Part shown: positions 1 to 10,861 of the stretch, piece after piece
How the letters are laid out: the number at the start of each line of letters is the position of its first letter
How positions within the stretch are numbered: position 1 is the first letter of the stretch
Assembly (NCBI GenBank): GCA_013288945.1
Contig: JABDAZ010000011.1
Location: forward strand, 626-64,625
Reading direction: 5' to 3'
DNA: 64,000 nt
Source of the DNA: Bacteroidota bacterium
GTDB lineage: Bacteria > Bacteroidota > Bacteroidia > Chitinophagales > Chitinophagaceae
Translations under genes and position numbers: made by a program
The notes under the pieces: model-generated
What the model saw: only the letters and a program-made list of their open reading frames with translations
Databases searched by the model: none
What the model was told of the DNA's origin: nothing

Positions 1-93
1 ATATACGAAAAATTCCATAAGGATTTGAAAGCTGGCGACAGTATTACTGTAGAAAAAATTGGTGGAACTGAATGCCAGAAATGTCATTATTAA
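1..93 (+). CDS. actA: 3' end of multiheme cytochrome c ActA of alternative complex III (partial)
   Basis: Frame 1 reads IYEKFHKDLKAGDSITVEKIGGTECQKCHY*, with a terminal CxxCH, directly upstream of actB. Confidence 0.9.
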   Translation: MYEKFHKDLKAGDSITVEKIGGTECQKCHY

Positions 94-212
94 TAATTAG
101 CTAATTAGCTGATTTGGTTGTATGCCATTAATAATAATAAAATTTTGATAAGAAATTTTACAGTTGTAAAAGCATATTACCAGATTAACAAACCAGCACA
201 TATTTTGAATTT

Positions 213-3200
213 ATGAGCGAAAAAAAACATTGGCAAACTTTCGGCGAGCATAGTAACAGCGAGGCTTTTAAGCAATCTTCTGAAAATGAATTTCATGAAG
301 ATTTGCAAACGGAAGGTTTGTTTGATGCCAAAACCCCGCGCAGGGATTTCCTGAAATATTTAGGTTTCAGCACAGCCGCAGCAGCGTTGGCAGCAAGTTG
401 CGAAATACCTGTAAAAAAAGTAATTCCTTATGTAAATAAACCGGAAAATACAATTCCCGGTGTGGCAGATTATTATGCTACAACCTATGTTTCCGGCGGC
501 GATGTGGTTTCAGTAGTTGCAAAAGTGAGAGACGGAAGGCCAATTAAATTAGAAGGAAACGAATTATCATCAATAACAAAAGGCGGAACATCTGCGCGCG
601 TGCAGGCTTCTGTGTTGGATTTATATGATACAGCGCGCCTACGCCATCCAAAACAATTTGACGGAAATAATTTTCAGGAAGTAACTTCATTTGATGCATT
701 CGATAAGTTAGTTGCTGGCGCAATGGCTGGTTTAACCGGCGCAGTTGTATTATTAACAAACACCATTACTTCGCCAACTACAAAGCAAGTTATTACTGAA
801 TTTTTAGCAAAATATCCGGGCAGTAAACATGTTCAATATGACGCTGATTCTTACAGCGGATTATTATTGGCGAATGAAGCTACTTACGGAAAAAAATCAA
901 TTCCTTCTTATCATTTTGATCAGGCAAAAGTAATTGTAAGTTTAGGCGCAGATTTTTTAGGTACATGGTTATCTCCAATTGAATTTGCGCGCCAATATGC
1001 AACAGGAAGAAAAATTGATGAAAAAAATCCTGACATCAGCAAGCATTATCAGTTTGAAAGTTTATTATCAGTAACAGGAGGAAACGCAGATAAAAGGTAC
1101 ACACACAGGCCAACAGAAACTGGTGCAGTTGCATTGGCTTTATTAGCAGAATTGGGAGGCAGCGTAACTGCGCCAGCACTCGATCCAAAATTAAAAGCGG
1201 GTATACAAAAAGCTGCTAAAGATTTGCTTGCAAATAAAGGCAAAGCTTTGGTAGTAAGCGGAAGCAACAATACGAATGTTCAGATAATTGTTAATGCGAT
1301 TAATGAGGCAATCGGTGCAAATGGTACAACAATAAACTGGGCAATACCTATTCAATGGCGCCAGGGAATTGACAGTGATTTCAATTCGCTGGTTGCAGAT
1401 TTAGATGGCGGAAAAGTTGGGGCTTTATTGGTTTACGGAGCAAATCCGGCATATGATTATTATGATGCAGAAAAATTTAAATCTGCATTAAAGAAAACAA
1501 AAACAACGATTTCATTTAACGACAGGTTAGATGAAACAACAGAGTTGTGTAAATATGTAATTCCCGCACCGCATTTTTTAGAAAGTTGGGGAGATGCAGA
1601 ACCGAAAACGGGTTATTTCAGTTTGCTTCAGCCAACTATTGCGCCTTTATTTAAAACACGCGCTTTCGAAGATTCATTATTAAAATGGAGCGGCAGCAAT
1701 ACTACTTACGAAGATTTATTCAAAAAATACTGGTCTGATAAATTAGGTGGTGTTAATGGTTATGAAAAAGCTTTGCAGGACGGAGTTGTAGAACCAGCTT
1801 CATCTTCAATGAGCGGCGCATCTTTTAACAGCGCAAAAGTTGCAGAAGCATCTTCGGCAATTGTTTCCATGAAAAAAGGTAGTTCTTTTGAATTGGCATT
1901 ATATCAGAAAGTGCCGATTGGTATTGGCGCTCAGGCGAATAATCCTTGGCTGCTGGAATTGCCAGATCCAATTACAAAAGCAACCTGGGATAACTACTTT
2001 ATCGTTTCTCCAAAATTTGCAAAAGATACCTGGAAAATTGATTTAGCAGATCGCCGCCAGGCAGATAAATTTGAAGTGCATCCCGACAGAGATGTTATTA
2101 AAATAAAAGTTGGTGGTAAAGAATTGTCTTTGCCCGTATTAATAATTCCCGGAACAAATGACAATACAATTGGTGTTGCTGTTGGTTATGGCCGCCAAAG
2201 TACAAAAGCTGAAAACACACCAGACTTTATTGGAAAAGCTGTAGTTGGTGTAGGAAAAAATGCATTTCCGTTTGTAACCTTCAATGGATCAACAATTGAA
2301 TGGAGTGCATTAATAGACGGAACTCCAGAAAAATTAAGCGAAACTTATAAAGTTGCACAAACACAAACGCACAGCAATTACGAAGGGAGAACAGAAGTGG
2401 TGCAGGAACTGACGCTGGAAGATTTTAAAAAAGAACCCGACGCAATTTTAAAAGACAGGAATGAAGAATTAAAAAATTACGGCGGCGTAAAAAGTTATAA
2501 AGAACAAGGAACATTATATAGTCAATATGAACAGCCGGGCATCCATTGGGGAATGTCGGTTGATATGAATTCATGTGTTGGTTGCGGCGCTTGCGTTGTG
2601 GCCTGTCATGCGGAAAATAATGTTTCTGTTGTTGGTAAAGCAGAAGTATTGCGCTACCACGATATGCACTGGTTGCGTATTGATCGCTATTTTAGTGGTG
2701 ATTTGGCAGATGCAGACAGCATCCAGACTGTGTTTCAGCCGATGCTGTGCCAGCATTGTGATAATGCGCCTTGCGAAAACGTTTGCCCGGTTTCTGCAAC
2801 CAATCATAGCAGCGAAGGTTTAAACCAGATGGCTTACAACCGTTGTATTGGTACAAGATATTGTGCAAATAACTGTCCGTTTAAAGTGCGCCGTTTTAAC
2901 TGGGCAGATTATACCGGGGCTGATAGTTTCCCTGATAACCAGCGTGGCGTTGTTTCTGATGTAACAATGATGATGAATGATGATTTGTCGAGAATGGTTT
3001 TGAACCCGGATGTTACAGTTCGTTCAAGAGGCGTTATGGAAAAATGTTCTTTCTGCGTTCAACGTTTGCAGGAAGGAAAATTGAAAGCTAAAAAAGAAGA
3101 CAGGCCATTAAAAGATATGGAAGATGTGCGCACGGCTTGTCAGCAAGCTTGCCCAACCAATGCAATTGTATTTGGCGATGCAAATAATAAACAAAGCCTG

Positions 3201-3353
3201 ATTACAAAAACAAGGCAAACTAACGAAGGCCGCCTGTTTTACGCATTGGAAGAATTACACGTTCTGCCAAACGTAAATTACCTGGCAAAAGTTAGAAACA
3301 CAGATGAAATAGAAGGAACAAAAGGGTATAAAAAAGAAGAAGCGCACGCGTAA
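213..3353 (+). CDS. actB: ACIII subunit ActB (TAT-exported molybdopterin-oxidoreductase-like + Fe-S domain)
   Basis: RRDFLK Tat motif, lipobox-like ALAASC, C-terminal Fe-S Cys clusters CVGCGACVVAC / CQHCDNAPCENVCP / CIGTRYCANNCP. Confidence 0.95.
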   Translation: MSEKKHWQTFGEHSNSEAFKQSSENEFHEDLQTEGLFDAKTPRRDFLKYLGFSTAAAALAASCEIPVKKVIPYVNKPENTIPGVADYYATTYVSGGDVVSVVAKVRDGRPIKLEGNELSSITKGGTSARVQASVLDLYDTARLRHPKQFDGNNFQEVTSFDAFDKLVAGAMAGLTGAVVLLTNTITSPTTKQVITEFLAKYPGSKHVQYDADSYSGLLLANEATYGKKSIPSYHFDQAKVIVSLGADFLGTWLSPIEFARQYATGRKIDEKNPDISKHYQFESLLSVTGGNADKRYTHRPTETGAVALALLAELGGSVTAPALDPKLKAGIQKAAKDLLANKGKALVVSGSNNTNVQIIVNAINEAIGANGTTINWAIPIQWRQGIDSDFNSLVADLDGGKVGALLVYGANPAYDYYDAEKFKSALKKTKTTISFNDRLDETTELCKYVIPAPHFLESWGDAEPKTGYFSLLQPTIAPLFKTRAFEDSLLKWSGSNTTYEDLFKKYWSDKLGGVNGYEKALQDGVVEPASSSMSGASFNSAKVAEASSAIVSMKKGSSFELALYQKVPIGIGAQANNPWLLELPDPITKATWDNYFIVSPKFAKDTWKIDLADRRQADKFEVHPDRDVIKIKVGGKELSLPVLIIPGTNDNTIGVAVGYGRQSTKAENTPDFIGKAVVGVGKNAFPFVTFNGSTIEWSALIDGTPEKLSETYKVAQTQTHSNYEGRTEVVQELTLEDFKKEPDAILKDRNEELKNYGGVKSYKEQGTLYSQYEQPGIHWGMSVDMNSCVGCGACVVACHAENNVSVVGKAEVLRYHDMHWLRIDRYFSGDLADADSIQTVFQPMLCQHCDNAPCENVCPVSATNHSSEGLNQMAYNRCIGTRYCANNCPFKVRRFNWADYTGADSFPDNQRGVVSDVTMMMNDDLSRMVLNPDVTVRSRGVMEKCSFCVQRLQEGKLKAKKEDRPLKDMEDVRTACQQACPTNAIVFGDANNKQSLITKTRQTNEGRLFYALEELHVLPNVNYLAKVRNTDEIEGTKGYKKEEAHA

Positions 3354-3405
3354 GATTTATTAATAAGAAAATGTATGTTTAATACTTTTGGTTTATTAAT
3401 AAAGC

Positions 3406-3483
3406 TTTGCTGAATAAAGAACTAAAAGTACAAGAGTGCGACGCAACAAATGCTGAACATAGAATTTAAGTTGATTCAATAAA
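3406..3483 (+). repeat. Dispersed ~75-nt element, copy 1
   Basis: TTTGCTGAATAAAGAACTAAAAGTACAAGAGTGCGACGCAAC..., core shared with five other copies. Confidence 0.9.
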
Positions 3484-3532
3484 TTTTTAAAAGCTCACAG
3501 CCACAAGCTGATAGCTAAAAGCTCAAAGAATT

Positions 3533-4981
3533 ATGGCATTATTAAAGTACGAATCACAAGTAAGGCCGCCATTGGTTGATGGCACAAAAGATTACCACCA
3601 GGTAACCGAAGATATTGTGCGCCCGATTGAAATGAAGGCTGGAAGATTATGGTGGATTGGATTTTTGATTGCTGTTGGGCTGCTTTGTTTTGGTATTTAT
3701 TCCATTTACCGCGACGTTACTTACGGTATCGGCCAGTGGAATTTGAATAAAACAATTGGCTGGGGTTGGGATATTACCAATTTCGTGTGGTGGGTTGGTA
3801 TCGGGCATGCGGGAACATTAATATCTGCGATATTATTATTGTTCCGCCAGGGCTGGAGAACAGGTGTGAACCGCGCTGCGGAAGCGATGACAATTTTTGC
3901 GGTAATGTGCGCGGGGCAATTTCCAATCTGGCACATGGGCCGTGTTTGGATGGCGTTTTTTGTAATGCCTTATCCGAATACACGTGGCCCTTTATGGTCA
4001 AATTTCAACTCGCCCTTGTTGTGGGATGTGTTTGCGATATCAACTTATTTTACCGTTTCATTATTATTCTGGTATTCTGGATTATTGCCGGATTTGGCAA
4101 CTGTGAGAGATCGTGCAAAATTAAAATGGAGAAAATTATTTTACGGAGTGGCATCATTTGGATGGTCAGGTTCTACAAAACACTGGCAGCGCCATGAAGC
4201 ATTATCATTGGTGTTGGCTGGATTAAGTACGCCACTAGTATTATCCGTTCACACGATTGTATCGTTTGACTTTGCAACTTCAGTAGTTCCCGGTTGGCAT
4301 ACAACTATATTTCCGCCGTATTTTGTTGCGGGTGCGGTTTTTTCAGGTTTTGCGATGGTGCAAAGTTTATTAATCATCACGCGTAAAGTTTTGCATCTTG
4401 AAGAATATATTACTTTGGAACATATTGATGTGATGAATAAAATCATCGTATTAACAGGTTCTATAGTGGGTGTTGCTTATCTAACTGAGTTATTCATTGC
4501 ATGGTATGGCCAAAACAAATTTGAAGGATGGGCATTTATGCAAAACCGTGTTAATCTTTTCAGCCCGTTGGGTTGGAGCTATTATATCATGATGGGTTGC
4601 AACGTTATTTCCCCTCAAATTTTCTGGTTTAGAAAAATGAGAAGAAATTTAACTGTTACTTTTTTCATGTCAGTAATCGTAAATATTGGAATGTGGTTTG
4701 AACGTTTTGTAATTATCGTTACTTCTATTTACCGCGATTATTTGCCAAGTAGCTGGAGCACTTATTATACACCAACAATTTGGGAAATTGGTTTTTATCT
4801 CGGAACGTTTGGGCTGTTCTTTACATGTTATTTCTTGTTCTCTAAATTTTTCCCGGTAATTGCGCTGGCAGAAATTAAACATATCCTGAAAAAATCAGGA
4901 GAAAATTATAAAGAAACAATGGGCGAAGCTGAGCATGAAACGGTGGAAGAATTTGCGCATGAAATGGAACACGCACATTAA
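3533..4981 (+). CDS. actC: ACIII subunit ActC (NrfD/PsrC family quinol-binding membrane subunit)
   Basis: WGWDITNFVWWVGIGHAGTLISA motif, polytopic membrane protein, gene order. Confidence 0.95.
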   Translation: MALLKYESQVRPPLVDGTKDYHQVTEDIVRPIEMKAGRLWWIGFLIAVGLLCFGIYSIYRDVTYGIGQWNLNKTIGWGWDITNFVWWVGIGHAGTLISAILLLFRQGWRTGVNRAAEAMTIFAVMCAGQFPIWHMGRVWMAFFVMPYPNTRGPLWSNFNSPLLWDVFAISTYFTVSLLFWYSGLLPDLATVRDRAKLKWRKLFYGVASFGWSGSTKHWQRHEALSLVLAGLSTPLVLSVHTIVSFDFATSVVPGWHTTIFPPYFVAGAVFSGFAMVQSLLIITRKVLHLEEYITLEHIDVMNKIIVLTGSIVGVAYLTELFIAWYGQNKFEGWAFMQNRVNLFSPLGWSYYIMMGCNVISPQIFWFRKMRRNLTVTFFMSVIVNIGMWFERFVIIVTSIYRDYLPSSWSTYYTPTIWEIGFYLGTFGLFFTCYFLFSKFFPVIALAEIKHILKKSGENYKETMGEAEHETVEEFAHEMEHAH

Positions 4982-5073
4982 TAAGTTGGCGATTAACAGA
5001 ATACAGTTGACAGTTATTAATAGAAATTGAGGTGTTGGAATTTGGATTTTATTAATAGGAATTTGATAAGCTT

Positions 5074-5664
5074 ATGTCTATAAAAAAGTTTGTTGTTGGC
5101 GGTTTTAAAGAGGAAGGAGCATTGTTTACTGCGGTAAAAAATGTTCGTAAATCTGGCTATAAAATTCATGATGTGTATACACCAATGCCTATCCATGGAT
5201 TGGATAAAGCAATGGGGTTGCGTGATACCAGTTTGCACACTGCAGGATTTATTTACGGAATCACCGGAACAACAACTGCACTCAGTTGCATCGGATGGAT
5301 TTTTACCAGCGACTGGCCAATAAATTTTGGTGGCAAACCACATTTTTCTTTACCAGCATGGATACCGATTACGTTTGAATTAACGGTTTTATTTGCAGCC
5401 GTTGGTATGGTGCTTACTTTTTGTTATTTGTGCCAGATAGCGCCATTTGTAAAAAAACATCATTTTAGTTTGCGCGCAACTGATGACTTATTTATAATGG
5501 TTATAGAATGCACGGAAAAAACAAATGAAACAGATTTAATGGCATTTTTAGAAAACAGCGGCGCAATTGATATTAATATTCAAAATGCAGAAACAGGATG
5601 GTGGCTCGGCCGTTACGATAAAGACACAAAACCATTTGAGAACAAAGGAACCGTTATTGCATAA
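5074..5664 (+). CDS. actD: ACIII subunit ActD (DUF3341)
   Basis: DVYTPMPIHGLD and GGKP..SLPAWIPITFELTVL motifs, gene order. Confidence 0.92.
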   Translation: MSIKKFVVGGFKEEGALFTAVKNVRKSGYKIHDVYTPMPIHGLDKAMGLRDTSLHTAGFIYGITGTTTALSCIGWIFTSDWPINFGGKPHFSLPAWIPITFELTVLFAAVGMVLTFCYLCQIAPFVKKHHFSLRATDDLFIMVIECTEKTNETDLMAFLENSGAIDINIQNAETGWWLGRYDKDTKPFENKGTVIA

Positions 5665-5688
5665 ACTGAAACGAATACTGGAATACAG

Positions 5689-6339
5689 ATGAAAAAATTA
5701 TCTATCATATCATTAATCGCAGTGGCAATATTGGTTGTTATCAGTTGCAGCGATATTAAGCGTAAACCCGGCCGTGTCTATATGCCAGATATGGCTTACA
5801 GCCGCGCTTACGAAACTTATTCTGTTACAGAAGAAGAAAAAGCAGAACTCGAAAAAAAGGGAATTCATTACAGCAATACGCCGGTATCGGGAACAATGAA
5901 AAGGGGCGAATTATTTCCTTTTCCTTTGGCGAAAGATAATGATGGCGATTCAACAAACTATGTTGCTTCCAAACAAATTACAAACCCATTGCCTGCGCTG
6001 GATACTTTGCAATCTGTAGAAGCAGAACGTTTGTTTTTAGTAAACTGTGCCATTTGTCACGGACCAAAATTAGATGGAAACGGCCCATTATACAGAGGCG
6101 GCGATGGCCCTTATCCTGCAAAACCGGCACAATTGGTTGGCGATGCAAAATATCATGCGATGCCGGAAGGCCAGATGTTTTATTCTGTTACTTATGGCAA
6201 AAATAAAATGGGAAGCTATGCTTCTCAGTTAAATTCTAAACAGCGCTGGATGGTTATCAATTATATAAAATCAAAACAAGCGGCTGCAAAAAGCGAAAGT
6301 GCTGCAGCGCCGGCAACAGATTCAACAGCGAAAAAATAA
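5689..6339 (+). CDS. actE: ACIII subunit ActE, monoheme cytochrome c lipoprotein
   Basis: Lipobox VISC, YMPDM motif, single CAICH. Confidence 0.92.
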   Translation: MKKLSIISLIAVAILVVISCSDIKRKPGRVYMPDMAYSRAYETYSVTEEEKAELEKKGIHYSNTPVSGTMKRGELFPFPLAKDNDGDSTNYVASKQITNPLPALDTLQSVEAERLFLVNCAICHGPKLDGNGPLYRGGDGPYPAKPAQLVGDAKYHAMPEGQMFYSVTYGKNKMGSYASQLNSKQRWMVINYIKSKQAAAKSESAAAPATDSTAKK

Positions 6340-6380
6340 TTATTAATAAAATAGATTCAGAATACATTAAATTATTGCGG

Positions 6381-7601
6381 ATGTCACTTAAACAGCATTT
6401 TGAAATTCCGGGGCGGTACAAAACATGGTCCTTTGCATTAATGGCCGTTGGAGTTATTTCCTTAATTGTTGGCTATATTATGTACGGCGGAAATCCTGAT
6501 AATGGAAAACGCTTTTGGTCAACCATGCTGCATAACAGCGTTTATTTTTTGTTGATTGTTAATGCTGCGATGTTTTTTTTCTGCGCAACAACTTTGGCGC
6601 TCGGTGGTTTTCAAATTTCTTTTCGCCGCGTTACAGAAGCTGTTTCTGCGTCTGTAATCCCGATTGGTATTATTACTTTCATCATTTTGCTTTGCCTTGT
6701 CTTTGGAAATAAATATGCTATTTACGAGTGGTTGAATAAAGATGTTGTGGCGCACGATCCGATTCTTAATGGAAAAAAAGGATTTTTAAACCCAACTTTT
6801 TTTATCATCTGGACAACCTTAACAATCGGCTTATGGATTGTTCTTGGAATAAAAATGCGCCAGATTTCCCGCGAAATTGATGACACGCCTTTAACTGTTG
6901 AAGAAGGTAAAAAATATATTTTTAAGAATACAGTTTGGTCTTCTGTTTATATTTTCTGGTTTGCATTAACGGTTGCTTCAACTGTTCCATGGTTGTGGCT
7001 GATGAGTATTAATGCACACTGGTTTTCTACCATGTATAGCTGGTATACTTTTGCAAGCACATTTGTTGCAGGCATCGCATTAATGACTTTGTTTGTTATC
7101 TATTTGAAAAACCAGGGATATTTAGAATATACCAACGAAGAACACTTGCATGATTTGGGAAAATTTCAGTTTGCGTTTTCAATTTTCTGGACTTACTTGT
7201 GGTTCTCACAATTCATGTTGATCTGGTATGCAAATATTTCTGAAGAAACGATTTATTTTAAAAACAGGTTTGAAGGCGCATACACAGGGATTTTTTATTT
7301 AAACCTTGTAATCAATTTTCTTGCGCCATTATTAATATACATGACAAGAACTTCCAAACGAAATTATGCCACAGTTACATTTATGTCTGTAGCTTTGATA
7401 CTTGGCCACTGGCTTGATGTTTATCAGATGGTTTTCGGAAGCACATTTAAAGATTATGTGCCTTTAAACCTTTTCGATTTTGGAATCGCGGCAGGTTTTG
7501 TAGGTTTAATAATGTGGCAAACAGCAAGGGTTTTAAGCAAATTTCCGCTTATTCCTATTAATCATCCGTTTTTAAAAGAAAGCATAATTCATCATACTTA
7601 G
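6381..7601 (+). CDS. actF: ACIII subunit ActF (membrane subunit)
   Basis: WLMSINAHWFST and HLHDLGKF..FWTYLWFSQFMLIWYAN motifs; ATG at 6381 preferred to TTG at 6375. Confidence 0.92.
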   Translation: MSLKQHFEIPGRYKTWSFALMAVGVISLIVGYIMYGGNPDNGKRFWSTMLHNSVYFLLIVNAAMFFFCATTLALGGFQISFRRVTEAVSASVIPIGIITFIILLCLVFGNKYAIYEWLNKDVVAHDPILNGKKGFLNPTFFIIWTTLTIGLWIVLGIKMRQISREIDDTPLTVEEGKKYIFKNTVWSSVYIFWFALTVASTVPWLWLMSINAHWFSTMYSWYTFASTFVAGIALMTLFVIYLKNQGYLEYTNEEHLHDLGKFQFAFSIFWTYLWFSQFMLIWYANISEETIYFKNRFEGAYTGIFYLNLVINFLAPLLIYMTRTSKRNYATVTFMSVALILGHWLDVYQMVFGSTFKDYVPLNLFDFGIAAGFVGLIMWQTARVLSKFPLIPINHPFLKESIIHHT

Positions 7602-7659
7602 AAAGGTTTATTGACGTAACAGAACAGTATTAATCAGAATTAAAATCTCATAACGTATC

Positions 7660-8736
7660 ATGTCAACCATCTTTATTATAATAATCCTGTTGCTTGGTTT
7701 TGTAATTACTTTTCAAATTGCAAAAGCGAGTGAATACGTATCCGTATTAAAAGGAGAGAAAAAAGCGTTCGAAAATAACAACCGCATTAATGGTTTTTTA
7801 ATGATGGTATTTTTAGTTGCCGGATTAATTGGCGTGTATTGGTGCAATGAATTGTTTAAAGGAAAAGTGTTGGGCGAAGCTGCTTCGCAACATGGCAAGC
7901 AAATTGACAGCATGTTGCACATCACTTTTATTATTACAGGAATCATTTTTATAATCACGCAGGTTTTATTATTCTGGTTTGCTTATAAATATCAATATTC
8001 AGAAAAAAGAAAAGGATATTATTTTCCGCACGATAACAGATTAGAAATGGTTTGGACAGTTATTCCAGCCATTGCATTAACGATATTGGTAGGTTTTGGA
8101 TTATTTTATTGGTTCAGAATTACTGGCGATGCGCCGAAAGATGCATTGCAAATAGAAGTAACGGGTAAACAATTTGGATGGATATTCCGTTATCCGGGAA
8201 AAGATGAAATTTTTGGTAAAAAATATTACCAGAATATCAGTGATGCAAAACAAAATTCATTGGGGTTAATCTGGGACGATCCTGCAACACATGACGATAT
8301 TGTTGTGAACACAACAATGTACCTTATTGTAAACAGGCCGGTAAAATTGATTATTAATTCAAGAGACGTAATACATGACGTTGGTTTGGCTGAATTCAGA
8401 ATGAAAATGGATGCCGTGCCGGGAACACCAACAACAATGTGGTTTACGCCATTGTACACTACAGAAGAAAAGAAAAAAATGACGCACAACCCGGATTTTG
8501 AATATGAAATTTCATGCGACCAAATGTGCGGCAGCAGCCATTTTACAATGAGAGGCGTTATTAAAGTGGTAACGAATGAGGAATTTATTTTGTGGAGAGC
8601 GAAACAAAAATCAAATTATGCAAGTGTGTTTGAAAATACGCCGGCTGCGCCTGGAAAAACAGACAGCAGCAATATGAAAGCGGCGGCGGTTATTAATACA
8701 AATGCAGCATCAAAATCTGTAGCACAAAAAAATTAA
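7660..8736 (+). CDS. coxB: Cytochrome c oxidase subunit II
   Basis: DVIH and CDQMCGSSHFTM CuA motif, no fused cytochrome c domain. Confidence 0.95.
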   Translation: MSTIFIIIILLLGFVITFQIAKASEYVSVLKGEKKAFENNNRINGFLMMVFLVAGLIGVYWCNELFKGKVLGEAASQHGKQIDSMLHITFIITGIIFIITQVLLFWFAYKYQYSEKRKGYYFPHDNRLEMVWTVIPAIALTILVGFGLFYWFRITGDAPKDALQIEVTGKQFGWIFRYPGKDEIFGKKYYQNISDAKQNSLGLIWDDPATHDDIVVNTTMYLIVNRPVKLIINSRDVIHDVGLAEFRMKMDAVPGTPTTMWFTPLYTTEEKKKMTHNPDFEYEISCDQMCGSSHFTMRGVIKVVTNEEFILWRAKQKSNYASVFENTPAAPGKTDSSNMKAAAVINTNAASKSVAQKN

Positions 8737-8782
8737 AATCGTTTTTTTTATAACGATTAAGTTATAGTTTAAAATTTTTCTC

Positions 8783-10606
8783 ATGAGCAACGAAGCAACA
8801 TTGCACGGACATTCGGAAGTAGGAACCTCTCATGATGTGCACCATGGTGAACATGAAATTCATCATCACAAAGAGACTTTTATTACCAAGTATGTTTTCA
8901 GCCAGGATCATAAAATGATATCCAAACAGTTTATCATTACAGGTATCATTTGGGCCATTTTAGGCGGATTAATGTCGGTATTATTCCGTTTGCAATTGGG
9001 TTATCCTGATTCTTCTTTTCCTATTTTAGAAGATTTATTGGGGAAATGGGCAAAAGGCGGAAAAATTCAGCCGGAGTTTTATTACGCATTAACAACAATG
9101 CACGGAACTGTGCTTGTATTTTTCGTATTAACAGGCGGATTAAGCGGAACGTTTGCAAACTTTTTAATTCCATTGCAGATTGGTGCAAGAGATATGGCTT
9201 CACCGTTTTTAAATATGCTTTCCTATTGGTTTTTCTTTTTGGCAAGTATAATAATGGTTTGTTCTTTATTTCTGGAAACTGGCCCTGCGAGCGGGGGATG
9301 GACGGTTTACCCGCCATTAAGCGCTTTGGGAGATGCGAACAATGGTTCAAAAGCCGGGATGGATTTCTGGATAGTTTCTATGGCGATGTTTGTGGTTTCA
9401 TCTTTACTTGGTGGCCTTAATTATATTTCGACAATACTCAATATGCGCACCAAAGGAATGAGCATGACGAGGTTGCCATTAACAATCTGGGCAATTTTAT
9501 TTACTGCTATTTTGGGTGTATTGTCTTTCCCTGTATTGTTTTCGGGATTAATTTTATTAATGTTCGACAGGCACGGTGGTACGAGCTTTTATTTATCGGA
9601 TATCTTTATAAGTGCTACCCAAAAAGCTTTGCCAAATGAAGGCGGAAGTGCAATTTTATACCAGCATTTATTTTGGTTCCTTGGGCACCCGGAAGTGTAT
9701 ATAATCATTTTACCAGCGATGGGATTGGTTTCTGAGGTGATGGCTGTCAACTCCCGCAAACCTATTTTTGGTTATATGGCGATGGTTGGATCTTTATTCG
9801 CTATTACTATTCTCGCGTTTTTAGTTTGGGCGCACCATATGTTTGTTACGGGATTAAATCCTTTGCTCGGATCGGTTTTCGTTTTATTAACATTATTAAT
9901 TGCCATTCCATCAGCTATCAAAGTGTTTAACTGGATCACGACTTTGTGGCGTGGAAATATCCGATTTACACCGGCAATGTTGTTTGCAATTGGTTTTGTA
10001 AGCCTATTTATTTCCGGCGGATTAACAGGTATTTTTCTTGGAAATTCGACACTTGATATTCACTTGCACGATACTTATTTTGTAATTGCGCATTTTCATA
10101 TTGTAATGGGTGTTTCGGCATTCTTTGGTATGTTTTGCGGATTGTATCATTGGTTCCCAAAAATGTACGGGCGTTATATGAATAACACGATGGCATATAT
10201 CCATTTCTGGATTACACTTATCGGCGCATATCTTATTTTCTGGCCAATGCATTACGAAGGATTGGCCGGCATGCCACGCCGTTATTTGGATTACAGCGGA
10301 TGGTCATCTTTTAACCAGTTTGGAGACTTGAACAGGTTTATATCAACAGTAGCAATGGTTGTGTTTGCAGTTCAGTTGATGTTTGTATTTAATTTCTTCT
10401 ATTCTATTTTTAAAGGAAGAAAAGTTACTTCAGAAAACCCGTGGGGTGCTACAACGTTGGAATGGACGACACCAATTCGCCCGGGACATGGAAACTGGCC
10501 TGGTGAAATTCCTGAAGTGCACCGTTGGGCATATGATTATGGTAAAGACGGAAGAGATTTTATTTCTCAAACAGAACCAATTGGCGCGAATGAAAGCAGC
10601 CATTAA
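8783..10606 (+). CDS. coxA: Cytochrome c oxidase subunit I, A1 type
   Basis: YQHLFWFLGHPEVY, WAHHM and HFH heme-copper ligands. Confidence 0.97.
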   Translation: MSNEATLHGHSEVGTSHDVHHGEHEIHHHKETFITKYVFSQDHKMISKQFIITGIIWAILGGLMSVLFRLQLGYPDSSFPILEDLLGKWAKGGKIQPEFYYALTTMHGTVLVFFVLTGGLSGTFANFLIPLQIGARDMASPFLNMLSYWFFFLASIIMVCSLFLETGPASGGWTVYPPLSALGDANNGSKAGMDFWIVSMAMFVVSSLLGGLNYISTILNMRTKGMSMTRLPLTIWAILFTAILGVLSFPVLFSGLILLMFDRHGGTSFYLSDIFISATQKALPNEGGSAILYQHLFWFLGHPEVYIIILPAMGLVSEVMAVNSRKPIFGYMAMVGSLFAITILAFLVWAHHMFVTGLNPLLGSVFVLLTLLIAIPSAIKVFNWITTLWRGNIRFTPAMLFAIGFVSLFISGGLTGIFLGNSTLDIHLHDTYFVIAHFHIVMGVSAFFGMFCGLYHWFPKMYGRYMNNTMAYIHFWITLIGAYLIFWPMHYEGLAGMPRRYLDYSGWSSFNQFGDLNRFISTVAMVVFAVQLMFVFNFFYSIFKGRKVTSENPWGATTLEWTTPIRPGHGNWPGEIPEVHRWAYDYGKDGRDFISQTEPIGANESSH

Positions 10607-10768
10607 TAATGGAAAGAAAATATTTATTTGAAATAACAGCGGCTACCAATCATTAATAAAAAAGTTATGCCCTGATGCAAATCGGGGCATTTGTTTAGAA
10701 AGAAATAAGTAAAATTGAAAGTAAAAAGATTGGTGCTTGTTTTTATTAATAAAATGGTGTAGAAAGAA

Positions 10769-10846
10769 TTTGCTGAATAAAGAACAAAATGTACAAGAGT
10801 GCGACGCCAATGAAGTTCAATTGAAATTCAATCGCCGGGTACAAAA
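10769..10846 (+). repeat. Dispersed ~75-nt element, copy 2
   Basis: TTTGCTGAATAAAGAACAAAATGTACAAGAGTGCGACGCCAATGAAG...GCCGGGTACAAAA. Confidence 0.9.
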
Positions 10847-10861
10847 AATATTTAATTTTTG